Source: Gemmatimonadaceae bacterium
GTDB taxonomy: Bacteria > Gemmatimonadota > Gemmatimonadetes > Gemmatimonadales > Gemmatimonadaceae
Assembly: GCA_017881585.1 (NCBI GenBank)
Contig: JADGQS010000001.1
Span: forward strand, 932 to 64,931
Length of the DNA stretch: 64,000 nucleotides
Reading direction: 5' to 3'
How positions within the stretch are numbered: the stretch's first letter is position 1; each line of letters opens with the position of its first letter. The notes below the pieces were generated by a model. That model ran no database searches. It was not told the origin of the DNA and saw only the letters and a list, made by a program, of their open reading frames with translations. The position numbers and the translations under genes are program-made. This document shows, piece after piece, positions 1 to 8,319 of this stretch.

Positions 1-778
1 ACACGCCGCCCAGCACCAGGCGCACTTCGCCATCGCTCCTCTTGATGCCGGCGAGCGAAACGAGCGCGAAATCCCACGCACCGCGCTGCATCACCTTCTC
101 GTAGTGCTGCACGCCGCCTGCGGAACGTGCGGGCAGCTCGATCGCCTCGATCATCTCGCCGTGCGCGATGGCCGTTTCGCCGAGCGGATTCGAGCCGGCT
201 CCCTCGAAGAACGAGTCGATCGGCACACTGCGCCGCGCCTCATTCGGCCCGAGCAATTCGATCGTCGCCTCGAGCGCCGTGAGGACGACGGCCGGATCCG
301 ACGGGTGCACGGCATGACACGGTCCTCCGCCGAGGATTGCATGGTACTGATTCTCCCCGTCCACGGCGGCGCAGCCGGTGCCGCCGTTCTTCAGGCACGG
401 CACGCCACGGCGGAAGTACCAGCAGCGCGGGCGCTGGCAGAGGTTGCCCGCGATCGTGCTCATGTTGCGAAGGGCGGGCGTGCCGACGAGACTGGTTGCC
501 TCCGCGAGCGCCGCGAATCGTTCGCGAATCACGCCGTGCGCGGCGAGATCGGCGATGCGCACGGCGCCGCCGATCCTCGCCGAGCCGTCTGCGCGAACCG
601 TGATGTCCCTCGCGCCGCGAAGGTGCCGCACGTCCACGAGGTGCGCGGGCTCGGCGAGTCCTTCCTTCATGGTGACGAGCAGGTCCGTGCCGCCGCCGAA
701 CGCGACCGAATCGGGCGCGCCGAGCGCGGTGAGCGCGTCAGCGGAGGAAGCCGGCCGATGATAGCGGAAGGGTCTCAT
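1..778 (-). CDS. FAD-binding subunit of a molybdopterin dehydrogenase (CoxM/XdhB/PaoB-like); C-terminus lies left of the window
   Basis: Absent from the ORF track because it is open at the window edge. Reverse-strand translation from ATG 778..776 gives MRPFRYHRPASSADALTALG..VAFGGGTDLLVTMKEG..NMSTIAGNLCQRPRCWYFR..HAVHPSDPAVVLTALEA, the FAD_binding_5 pattern with GGGTDL. Confidence 0.85.
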   Translation of the reverse strand, partial: MRPFRYHRPASSADALTALGAPDSVAFGGGTDLLVTMKEGLAEPAHLVDVRHLRGARDITVRADGSARIGGAVRIADLAAHGVIRERFAALAEATSLVGTPALRNMSTIAGNLCQRPRCWYFRRGVPCLKNGGTGCAAVDGENQYHAILGGGPCHAVHPSDPAVVLTALEATIELLGPNEARRSVPIDSFFEGAGSNPLGETAIAHGEMIEAIELPARSAGGVQHYEKVMQRGAWDFALVSLAGIKRSDGEVRLVLGGV

Positions 779-791
779 CAGGGAGTGAAGT

Positions 792-1748
792 CTACAGAGC
801 CGGAGGCGCGAGCGTGAACACGACGAAGTCCGCGAGCGTGCGCCGCGCGTTTCCATCGGCGCTGTCGAGGTCTTTTACCGGCACGAAGCTGACGACGGCG
901 ACTCGCTTTCCGGGAAGCCGGCGTTTCACGCGCTCGGCGGTGCCGAGTCCGTAGTCGCTGTGGAACGCGCCGTTGACGTGAACGACCAGCGCACGCGGCG
1001 GTGCGGCGCCGAACGCGCCGGCAATCGACTCGCCCATGGTCTCGTCCTTGATGCATTGCGCCTGATAGATGCGCTCGATCGTTGCGGCCTTCTCGGCGGC
1101 GGACTCCTTGGTGGAATCGCCCGAGTGCGACGGCATGTCAGCCATGGTCTTCGCGAACTTCGCGAAGTAGTCGTCGTGCGGACAATCGAGGTCGTGCGCG
1201 GCGAACGCGCGGTCGGCGGGGTTGATCGAGTCGAGGATGGTCTTGAGGCCGCGGCGCGAGACGAGACCGGCGAGGCGGCGCGGCACGTCGCTCGCAACCA
1301 CGGGCCATTTCCACGCGCGCGCAAACTCGACGAGCGGGCGGTAATCGGCGCCGTATCGCGGCCAGGGACGTGAGCGCGCGAGGAAGTCGCCTTCGGTCGA
1401 GCGGCCGGCGAGATAGTCGTCGAGCGACGGCTGCACGTCGCGCTCGAACATCTCCATCGCGAGCACGACGTTGCCACGGCGGCGGGCGAGTCCCTCGAGG
1501 GTGGCAGCCTCGAGGCGATGCGTGGCACGGTCGTCGTGCTGCTCGCCCAGAAAGAGGACGTCCGCGCCGGTGACGTCGGCGAGCATCGACTCGAAATCGA
1601 CGAAGCGTTTGTGTTTGGTATCCCAGACCCGGTGCGGTATGTAGCTGGGCTGGATCGAGTCGACGACAAGTCGTGCGGGCGTTTGAGCGTTGGCTGACGC
1701 CGTCGCGAGACCGGAATAGAGTGCCACTAACGAAATAATCCTTTTCAA
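792..1748 (-). CDS. ChaN-like haem-binding (Cofac_haem_bdg/Tiki-type) secreted protein
   Basis: 318-aa ORF with a TTG start and signal peptide MKRIISLVALYSGLATASANA. DVLFLGEQHDD, LAMEMFERD and VHVNGAFHSDYG resemble the ChaN family. Only 13 nt upstream of the FAD-subunit gene, so probably co-transcribed. Confidence 0.7.
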   Translation of the reverse strand: MKRIISLVALYSGLATASANAQTPARLVVDSIQPSYIPHRVWDTKHKRFVDFESMLADVTGADVLFLGEQHDDRATHRLEAATLEGLARRRGNVVLAMEMFERDVQPSLDDYLAGRSTEGDFLARSRPWPRYGADYRPLVEFARAWKWPVVASDVPRRLAGLVSRRGLKTILDSINPADRAFAAHDLDCPHDDYFAKFAKTMADMPSHSGDSTKESAAEKAATIERIYQAQCIKDETMGESIAGAFGAAPPRALVVHVNGAFHSDYGLGTAERVKRRLPGKRVAVVSFVPVKDLDSADGNARRTLADFVVFTLAPPAL

Positions 1749-1848
1749 GTATATTATACCTATTGAATATTTCTTTAGATAATCAGTCGATGCGATAAAT
1801 ATAACTATAAAGTAAAAATAGATATATATCTTTATCTAACAGATTATT
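1749..1848. promoter_or_regulatory. Extremely AT-rich divergent control region between the ChaN-like and Fic-like genes
   Basis: ~100 bp of mostly A/T in a GC-rich genome. GATAAT (1778-1783) and GATAAA (1794-1799) hexamers. 8-bp inverted repeat TTAGATAA (1775-1782) / TTATCTAA (1832-1839). Both flanking genes use TTG starts. Confidence 0.45.
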
Positions 1849-2820
1849 TTGAACGATTCCTTGGAACACAACAGATCCCCATCCAGCGCTCTGTCATCCG
1901 CGGGCAGCGACGTCGTTCGTTCCTACGAAGATGCTGCAACCGCGATCGGCCGACTCGATGCCACCGGGCGACTCGCCTCCGCTGGGCTCCAGGCACTGCT
2001 CGTGCTTCGCTGCATCGCGGCGCCGTCCGGCGCCTCGCACACCGGAATGATCGCGCTGGTGCGCCCGGATGGCGAGGGGGATGACTTGCTTCGAGCCTAT
2101 GGCCACGCAGTGCGAGACGGCGCCGCCCGCGCTCGCGGCGGTGCCTTGGCGTCCGTCGCGACGCTTCACGAGTTGCTCCGGCTGCCGCTCCCCGCGTGGC
2201 CCGCTTCGCCGATCGACGAACTCCTGCGCGACACTCACGAGCGCACGCCGCCGGTGCTCAAGGCGGCGCTCGCCGCGCTCGCCCTCCGCGCCGCGGCCCT
2301 CGGCGAGCTGGATGAGACGACCGAGAAGTCTGAGCCGAATGACCCGAACGCCGCGCGCCTCGTCGCTCTAGCCGTCACGCTCCTGCTCTGCGTCGGCGGT
2401 GCCACCACCGACGCCTGGCTGACCCTGCCGAGCTCCGGCTCCGGTAAGAGCGCCTCCCACGCCGATCTCTCGCTGGGCGGAACGTTCGCGGCGCTCGCAC
2501 GCGAGGCGCGGGCCGCCGAACGCGGCCTCCTCGCCGCGCGGGACTGCATCGACACCGACCAGCAGCGGGTGCGCGACTCGCTCGGCAGGGCCGCCTACTC
2601 GGCGCTCGACGTTCTTGCGCTGCTCGGGGATAAAATCGTGATCACCGTGCCGGAAACCGCGCGCGCCCTCGGTCTCACGCCTCCCACCGCGGGCGCTGCC
2701 GTCGCGCGACTGGTGGAGCTCGGCATCGCTCGTGAGGTCACGGGAAAGGCCAGGTCACGCGCCTTTGCGTACGAGGGTATCGTGAGGGCGCTCGAGCCGG
2801 GATCGGCCGGCAAACAGTAG
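1849..2820 (+). CDS. Fic-like protein lacking the catalytic motif, with a C-terminal winged-helix HTH
   Basis: 323 aa with a TTG start. N-terminal AIGRLDATGRL resembles Fic_N. No HPFx[DE]GNGR motif. The C-terminal LALLGDKIVITVPETARALGLTPPTAGAAVARLVELGIAREVTGKARSRAFAY is a wHTH typical of Fic C-termini. Confidence 0.55.
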   Translation: MNDSLEHNRSPSSALSSAGSDVVRSYEDAATAIGRLDATGRLASAGLQALLVLRCIAAPSGASHTGMIALVRPDGEGDDLLRAYGHAVRDGAARARGGALASVATLHELLRLPLPAWPASPIDELLRDTHERTPPVLKAALAALALRAAALGELDETTEKSEPNDPNAARLVALAVTLLLCVGGATTDAWLTLPSSGSGKSASHADLSLGGTFAALAREARAAERGLLAARDCIDTDQQRVRDSLGRAAYSALDVLALLGDKIVITVPETARALGLTPPTAGAAVARLVELGIAREVTGKARSRAFAYEGIVRALEPGSAGKQ

Positions 2821-2874
2821 CCAACCAGTAGCCCCGCAGTGACCCCGCCGCAGAGGTCATCGTGTTACCAGTAA

Positions 2875-3516
2875 ATGATGCGTCGAGCGATGGCCCTCCC
2901 TCTCCTGCTCGCGGTGGTCTCGTGCGGTCCGGCGCTCAAGCCGCTCCCGCCGATGGCACCGTTGCCGGAGCCACCGTCGGAGTCGCCGAGCCCTGGTTAC
3001 GCAGCGGCGCCGGTCGGCGACCGAAACACCGCCGGTGAACCCGGGCGCGAGGTGGCGATCGAATCGCTGCGCGAACGCGGGCTGCTCGTGCCGGTGAAGG
3101 GAATCGTCGCCTCGCAGATTCCGGATAGCTACGACGCGGCTCGCGACGGCGCGCGCGTGCACTACGCGCTGGACATCCTCGCGAAGCGCGGCACGCCCGT
3201 GCTGGCGGCCGACGACGGGACGATCCTCCACATCGGGACGAATGCGCTCGGCGGCAACGTCATCTGGACCGCCGACCCGTCGCGACGGTTCGCGTTTTAT
3301 TATGCGCACCTGGATCGCTGCGCGAAGGGATTGCATGACGGGCAGCAAATCTCGCGCGGGGACGTGATCGGGTATGTCGGCACGTCGGGCAACGCGCCGA
3401 AAGACACACCGCACCTGCATTTTCAGGTGGTGCGCATCGTGAACGGAAAACGCTATTCGGACGGACCGCCCCTCAATCCGTTGCCGTTCTTCACACAGGC
3501 GGGAATCACGCGATGA
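2875..3516 (+). CDS. M23 (LytM-type) metallopeptidase lipoprotein
   Basis: Lipobox LLAVVSC. HYALDI and GTSGNAPKDTPHLHFQV match the HxxxD / HxH zinc motifs of M23 peptidases. Confidence 0.85.
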   Translation: MMRRAMALPLLLAVVSCGPALKPLPPMAPLPEPPSESPSPGYAAAPVGDRNTAGEPGREVAIESLRERGLLVPVKGIVASQIPDSYDAARDGARVHYALDILAKRGTPVLAADDGTILHIGTNALGGNVIWTADPSRRFAFYYAHLDRCAKGLHDGQQISRGDVIGYVGTSGNAPKDTPHLHFQVVRIVNGKRYSDGPPLNPLPFFTQAGITR

Positions 3517-3830
3517 GTTCGTTGATGACAGGCAAGGAGCGCGCCGCGCTTCGCGCCCACGCCAACCGGTTGAGCGCGACGGTGCATGCCGGCCAGCACG
3601 GCATAACCGGCGCGCTGCTGCACTCGCTCGACGACGCGCTTCGCACGCGTGAGCTGGTGAAGGTGCAGCTCGGCAAGCAGCCCGATCTCAGCGCGAAAGA
3701 AGCGGCGGGGCAGCTCGCGGCGGCGGTGAAGGCCGCGGTGGTTCAGGTGATCGGCAAGACCGTGACGCTCTACCGGCACAATCCCAAGCTCGAACGCAAG
3801 CCGGGCGCCGCCCCTCCGTGGGAAGTCTGA
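3513..3830 (+). CDS. yhbY: YhbY/CRS1 (CRM-domain) RNA-binding protein
   Basis: 105 aa. TGKERAALRAHANRLSATVHAGQHGITGALLHSLDDALRTRELVKVQL matches the YhbY pattern. ATGA overlap with the M23 gene. Confidence 0.85.
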   Translation: MSSLMTGKERAALRAHANRLSATVHAGQHGITGALLHSLDDALRTRELVKVQLGKQPDLSAKEAAGQLAAAVKAAVVQVIGKTVTLYRHNPKLERKPGAAPPWEV

Positions 3831-5056
3831 GCGCCGTCACCGCGCGCATCGCCCGCTATCACGAGGGGCGCGCGCGGGACTTGCTCGAGCGGAAGTACGC
3901 GGCGATGGCGGCGAGCCCGTTCGCGTTCTATCGCGGCAGCAGCCAGCTCTTCGTCGACGCATGGCCCGTGCGCACCGCGCTCAACGATGCGCCCGCGATC
4001 TGGTCGTGCGGCGACCTCCACTTCGAGAATCTCGGCTGCTACAAGGGCGACAACAGGCTCGTCTATTTCGACCTGAACGATTTCGACGAAGCGGCGCTGC
4101 TTCCCGTTTCGTGGGATCTGACGCGCTTCGCCGCGAGCGTGCTCGTCGGCGCCTCGGCGCTGCGCGTGAGTGCGGGCGCCGCGACCGCCCTCGCGAATCT
4201 CTATCTCGACGCCTTCGACGGTACGCTCGCTACCGGCAGGGCGCGGTGGGTGGAGCGCGAGACGGCGACCGGAATGGCGCGCGAACTGCTCGACGCCGTG
4301 CGCGGAAGAAAGCGCAGGACGCTGCTCGGCGAGCGCACGAAGAAGAAGGGTGGGCGCCGCCGCATTCGCCTGGACGGCGTGAAGGCGCTCGCGGCGACGC
4401 GCGAAGACCGCGCCCGCGTCACGCGCGTGGTCGAGCAACTGGGAGCGAAGCTCGACGAGAAGCAATTCTACCGGGTGCTCGACGTCGCGCGCCGCGTCGC
4501 GGGATGCGGCAGCCTCGGCCTCGCGCGCTGGATCGTGCTCGTGGAAGGGAAGGGGTCGCCGCGCGGGAACTTCCTGCTCGACCTCAAGGAGGCGCGCTCG
4601 CCCGCGTCCACGGGCCATTCACCGTACACGCAGCCTCGCTGGAAATCGGACGCCGAACGCATTGTCGCGGTGCAGGGCCGCGTGCAGGCGGTGAGTCCGG
4701 CGTTGCTCACGTCGCTTTCGATGACGGGCAGAGGATTCGTGCTTCGCGAGCTGCAGCCGCTGCAGGACCGCATGCGCATGGAAGCGTGGGGCGGCGACAT
4801 CGCGAACCTCCGCGACGCCATGACGACGATGGGCCGCGTGACGGCATGGGCGGCGCTGCGCGCCTCGGGCCGTCAGGGTTCGGCGATCGCGGACGATCTC
4901 ATCGCATTCGCGAAAGAGCGCGGCTGGAGGCGTGCGGTGCTCGCGATGGCCCGGCGCGTCGCGGAGCGCACGCTCTCGGAGTGGCGCGCCTTCCGTGCGG
5001 ACGCGGCGGCGGGACGGCTGAGGACGGAAGACCGAAGACCGAAGACGGGCGCGTAA
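3818..5056 (+). CDS. DUF2252 family protein
   Basis: 412 aa with a GTG start. MAASPFAFYRGSS..WSCGDLHFENLGCY..VYFDLNDFDEA is the DUF2252 signature. Confidence 0.8.
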   Translation: MGSLSAVTARIARYHEGRARDLLERKYAAMAASPFAFYRGSSQLFVDAWPVRTALNDAPAIWSCGDLHFENLGCYKGDNRLVYFDLNDFDEAALLPVSWDLTRFAASVLVGASALRVSAGAATALANLYLDAFDGTLATGRARWVERETATGMARELLDAVRGRKRRTLLGERTKKKGGRRRIRLDGVKALAATREDRARVTRVVEQLGAKLDEKQFYRVLDVARRVAGCGSLGLARWIVLVEGKGSPRGNFLLDLKEARSPASTGHSPYTQPRWKSDAERIVAVQGRVQAVSPALLTSLSMTGRGFVLRELQPLQDRMRMEAWGGDIANLRDAMTTMGRVTAWAALRASGRQGSAIADDLIAFAKERGWRRAVLAMARRVAERTLSEWRAFRADAAAGRLRTEDRRPKTGA

Positions 5057-5075
5057 AGCCGGACGGAACAGCCGA

Positions 5076-7385
5076 CTAGCGACGCGCCTTGGCGGCGATT
5101 GCCGCGAGCACGCGCCATGGTGTCAGCGGAATCTCCGTCACGTCCGCGCCGATCGCGTCGCTCACCGCAGCGGCAATCGCCGGCGCGGCCGGAATCATCG
5201 GCGGCTCCGCGATTCCGCGCGCGCCCGTATGGTTCGCCACCGGATCGGCGCCGGCCACGAAGAACGCATCGATCAGCGGGATGTCCGCCATCGTCGGGAT
5301 CTTGTAGTCGTGGATCGTGGGATTCATCACGAGGCCGAGCCTGCGGTCGAGCACGCGCTCCTCGAACAGCGCGTAGCCGAGTCCCTGGATGATGCCGCCC
5401 TCGAGCTGGCTCTCCGCGAGCGTGGGGTTGATGATGCGCCCCGCATCGTGCGCGGCGACGATCCGCAGCACGCGTACGATGCCGGTATCGAGGTCGACCT
5501 CGACTTCAGCGAACTGCGCGCCGAAGGTCATGATCGCGGTGTCCGCCGGGTTCGGGCCGCGCGATCCCTTTCCGATGATCATCACGTTGCCGAGCTTCGC
5601 GGTGACCTCGGCGAAGGTCATCGTGCGATCGGTGTCGCGCACGACGATGCGCGAGTCGCGCGCCTCGAGCGCGTCGGGCGCGGCGTCGAACATCGCGCCG
5701 GCCGCCTCGAACAGCTGGCGCCGTGCGTCTTCCGCGGCCATGCGGACGGCGGGGCCGACCGACGCGGTGGTCATCGAGCCCCAGGAGTTTCCCGTATAGG
5801 GAAGGCTCTGAGTGTCGCCGATGATGGCGCGGACATCGGACAGTTTCGCGCCCAAACTCTCGGCGGCGATCTGCGAGAGGACGGTGCGGGCGCCGGTGCC
5901 GAGGTCCTGGGTTCCTGCCAGGACATCGACGGTCGCGTCGGAATTCATTCTTACGAGAGCGTAGGCTGGGGGGCCGCCGCCGGTGGGCCAGACCTGCGCC
6001 GCCATTCCCTTGCCGACGCGTAAACGGTCGTTGGTCATTGGTCTTTGGTCATTAGTTGACCAGCCAAAAACCTCGGCGCCTTCCTTGTAGCACTGCAACA
6101 AACTGTTGCCCGAGTACGGGCGATCTGTTCTCGGCTCGCGCTTCGCAAAGTTCTTCACGCGAAAGGCGACGGGGTCGAGCTTCAGTTCCTTCGCGAGCGC
6201 GTTCATGGCGCTCTCCAGCCCAAACGCGCCTTCCACGTATCCGGGACCGCGGAACGCCGCCATGCCGCTGGCGTTCACGTACGCGAACGTCTCTTCGGTT
6301 CTTACGTTCGGGCAGGCGTACAGCTCGTGATAGATCTGGCCGGGGCCGCCTTCCCAGCCGCTGATGCCCAGCGGGACATCGATGCTCGCGAAGATCGCGG
6401 TGAGCGTGCCGTCCTTCTTCGCGCCGATGGTCACGCGCTGCGTGGATGACGGACGATTGCCGCTGTCGGTCTGCTCGGCCTCGCGGTCGTTGATGCAGCG
6501 CACGGCGCGGCCCTGGCGCTTCGCGAACAGCGCGGCGACGTACGTGTGCGGGCCGGCGCCGTTCTTCGCGCCGAAGCCGCCGCCCATGTAGTCCTTGATG
6601 ACGCGCACCTTCGAGAGCGAGATTCCGAGTGCCTTCGACACGTTCTCGCGCACGCGGAAGATTCCCTGTGTCGATTCCCACACCGTGAGGCGGTCGCCTT
6701 CCCACTCCGCGACGGCGCCGTGCGGCTCGAGCGCCGTGTGCAGCTGGACCGGCGTGCGATACTCGCGGCGAACGATGACGTCGGCCGCCTTCAATCCGGC
6801 GTCCATGTCACCGCGCGATATCACGAGCGGCGCGTTCTCCATCACGTTGCCTTTGGCGCGCACCTTCGGCGCGTCCTTCGCCGTGGCGTCCTCGAACGTG
6901 ACGGCGAACGGCAGCGTGTCGTACTCCACGGCGATCGCGTGCGCCGCACTTCGCGCGGCGTGCCCGGTTGCGGCGCAGACCGCCGCGATCGGCTGGCCCG
7001 CGTAGAAGATCTCGCGACCGAAGAGTCGTGTGCCCGCCGGTGCGTCGCCCGGGCCGAGCACATCGAGGACGCCGGGCATGGCCCTCGCGCGCGACGCATC
7101 GAGCGAGCGAATCGTCCCGCGCGGAATCGTCGAGCGGACGATCGCCGCGTGGAGCATTCCCGGGCGCACGATATCGGTGGTGTAGCGCGCGCGGCCCGAC
7201 ACGCGCTCCGGCGCGTCCATTCGCGGAACGCGAGCGCCGACGATTCCGAGTTCGGCATCGGTCCCCCATGCCGCCGGCTCGAAGGCCGGAATCTCGACGA
7301 TGCGCGTCTCGGTGCGCCCCTCGATTTCGACGGTCGTCTGGACGAAGCCGCCGGGCTTCGCGGCGCCCTTTGTCTTACGCGGCAT
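5076..7385 (-). CDS. Molybdopterin-binding large subunit of a xanthine dehydrogenase/aldehyde oxidase family enzyme
   Basis: Long ORF with Ald_Xan_dh_C / C2-like sequence (PRMDAPERVSGRARYTTDI.., GGGFGAK, ..AHDAGRIINP..). Start moved to the internal ATG 7385 (MPRKTKGAAKPGG), which overlaps the small-subunit stop by 11 nt. Confidence 0.9.
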   Translation of the reverse strand: MPRKTKGAAKPGGFVQTTVEIEGRTETRIVEIPAFEPAAWGTDAELGIVGARVPRMDAPERVSGRARYTTDIVRPGMLHAAIVRSTIPRGTIRSLDASRARAMPGVLDVLGPGDAPAGTRLFGREIFYAGQPIAAVCAATGHAARSAAHAIAVEYDTLPFAVTFEDATAKDAPKVRAKGNVMENAPLVISRGDMDAGLKAADVIVRREYRTPVQLHTALEPHGAVAEWEGDRLTVWESTQGIFRVRENVSKALGISLSKVRVIKDYMGGGFGAKNGAGPHTYVAALFAKRQGRAVRCINDREAEQTDSGNRPSSTQRVTIGAKKDGTLTAIFASIDVPLGISGWEGGPGQIYHELYACPNVRTEETFAYVNASGMAAFRGPGYVEGAFGLESAMNALAKELKLDPVAFRVKNFAKREPRTDRPYSGNSLLQCYKEGAEVFGWSTNDQRPMTNDRLRVGKGMAAQVWPTGGGPPAYALVRMNSDATVDVLAGTQDLGTGARTVLSQIAAESLGAKLSDVRAIIGDTQSLPYTGNSWGSMTTASVGPAVRMAAEDARRQLFEAAGAMFDAAPDALEARDSRIVVRDTDRTMTFAEVTAKLGNVMIIGKGSRGPNPADTAIMTFGAQFAEVEVDLDTGIVRVLRIVAAHDAGRIINPTLAESQLEGGIIQGLGYALFEERVLDRRLGLVMNPTIHDYKIPTMADIPLIDAFFVAGADPVANHTGARGIAEPPMIPAAPAIAAAVSDAIGADVTEIPLTPWRVLAAIAAKARR
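6020..6055 (-). repeat. GTAAACGG+TTGGTC-hexamer repeat, copy inside the Mo-subunit CDS
   Basis: gtaaacggtcgttggtcattggtctttggtcattag. Read by the gene as STNDQRPMTNDRL. Confidence 0.8.
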
Positions 7386-7899
7386 TGACGCTTCCGGCTT
7401 CCGCGCTTCCGGCTTCCGCGCTTCCCGCGCTTCCCGCGAACTCGCCGTCCGCGACGGCACGAACGGCGGCGAGAATCTTCGGGTAAGTGCCGCAGCGGCA
7501 CAGGTTGCCGCTCATGCCGGAGCGAATCTCGTCGTCCGTCGGATGGGGATTTCGCGCGAGCAGCGTGTGCGCGGCCATGAGCTGGCCGGGCGTGCAGAAG
7601 CCGCATTGCGCGGCGTCCTTCGCGATGAACGCCCGCTGGAGCGGCGAGAGCGACGGCTCACCGCCGCCGGGCGCCAGCCCCTCGACCGTGAGGACGGTCG
7701 CGCCGTCGCAGGCTTCCGCGAGCGTGAGGCACGAGTACACGGTCTCACCGTCGAGCTGGACGGTGCACGCGCCGCACTCTCCCCGGCCGCAGACGAACTT
7801 CGTTCCGGTCAGGGCGAGCCGGTCGCGCAGCAATTCGAGGAGCGAGAGAGGAAGGGCGGAGTCCAGGGTGTGGACGCGGCCGTTGACTGTGAGGCGCAT
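7375..7899 (-). CDS. [2Fe-2S]-binding small subunit of the molybdopterin dehydrogenase
   Basis: 174 aa. CGRGECGACTV and CGFCTPG..CRCGTY are the two 2Fe-2S motifs of CoxS/PaoA-type subunits. Confidence 0.9.
   Translation of the reverse strand: MRLTVNGRVHTLDSALPLSLLELLRDRLALTGTKFVCGRGECGACTVQLDGETVYSCLTLAEACDGATVLTVEGLAPGGGEPSLSPLQRAFIAKDAAQCGFCTPGQLMAAHTLLARNPHPTDDEIRSGMSGNLCRCGTYPKILAAVRAVADGEFAGSAGSAEAGSAEAGSVNAA
7389..7436. repeat. Short tandem repeat (15 bp x2 then 9 bp x2) at the small/large subunit junction
   Basis: cgcttccggcttccg x2 (7389-7418) then cgcttcccg x2 (7419-7436). Encodes GSAGSAEAGSAEAGS at the small-subunit C-terminus. Confidence 0.8.
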
Positions 7900-8020
7900 C
7901 TATTGAAATAGTGGGGCGTTACCCGACGTGTCAAAGGGCGCATGCGGCTTGTAGCGGCGCGGCACGGGCGATAATCTTCCCTCCCCACCCGTAACACCGA
8001 GCTTTGGAGAGGACCGACCG

Positions 8021-8284
8021 ATGCCGTACGTGATCACGGAAGCCTGCAAGGACACCAAAGACAAGTCCTGCGTGGACGTCTGCCCCGTGGATTGCATCTA
8101 CGAGGGGCCCGAGATGCTCTACATCCACCCTGATGAGTGCATCGATTGCGGCGCGTGCGAGCCGGAATGTCCCGTGACGGCGATCTTCCCTGAGGAAGAC
8201 GTGCCGCCGAACCAGAAGCAGTACATCCAGATCAACCGCGACATCTTCAAGGGCCCCAACCCGCCGACGCGCCCCACGCGCTAG
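8021..8284 (+). CDS. fdxA: 7Fe-type ferredoxin (3Fe-4S/4Fe-4S)
   Basis: 87 aa. MPYVITEACKDTKDKSCVDVCPVDCIYEG..DECIDCGACEPECPVTAI is the FdxA cysteine pattern. Confidence 0.9.
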   Translation: MPYVITEACKDTKDKSCVDVCPVDCIYEGPEMLYIHPDECIDCGACEPECPVTAIFPEEDVPPNQKQYIQINRDIFKGPNPPTRPTR

Positions 8285-8319
8285 CCGCCGGAAACCGCAG
8301 GAACGCCCTCGCGGGCGAG

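Noticed and set aside
104-817. 237-aa plus-strand ORF at the left edge
   Set aside because: It is Arg/Ala/Gly-rich with no motifs. It lies exactly antisense to a well-supported FAD-binding subunit gene, so it is a typical GC-rich shadow ORF.
1-7899. A split xanthine-dehydrogenase operon, with the FAD subunit at 1-778 serving the small and large subunits at 5076-7899
   Set aside because: Five unrelated genes in mixed orientation intervene. The FAD gene is the first gene of a leftward-reading unit (coxM-first order), whose partners most likely lie beyond the window edge. This cannot be confirmed from the window.
7949-7977. Candidate sigma-70 promoter for the ferredoxin gene (TTGTAG .. GATAAT/TAATCT)
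   Set aside because: Either the spacer is too short (15 nt to GATAAT) or the -10 match is poor (TAATCT). It is not strong enough to report as a feature.
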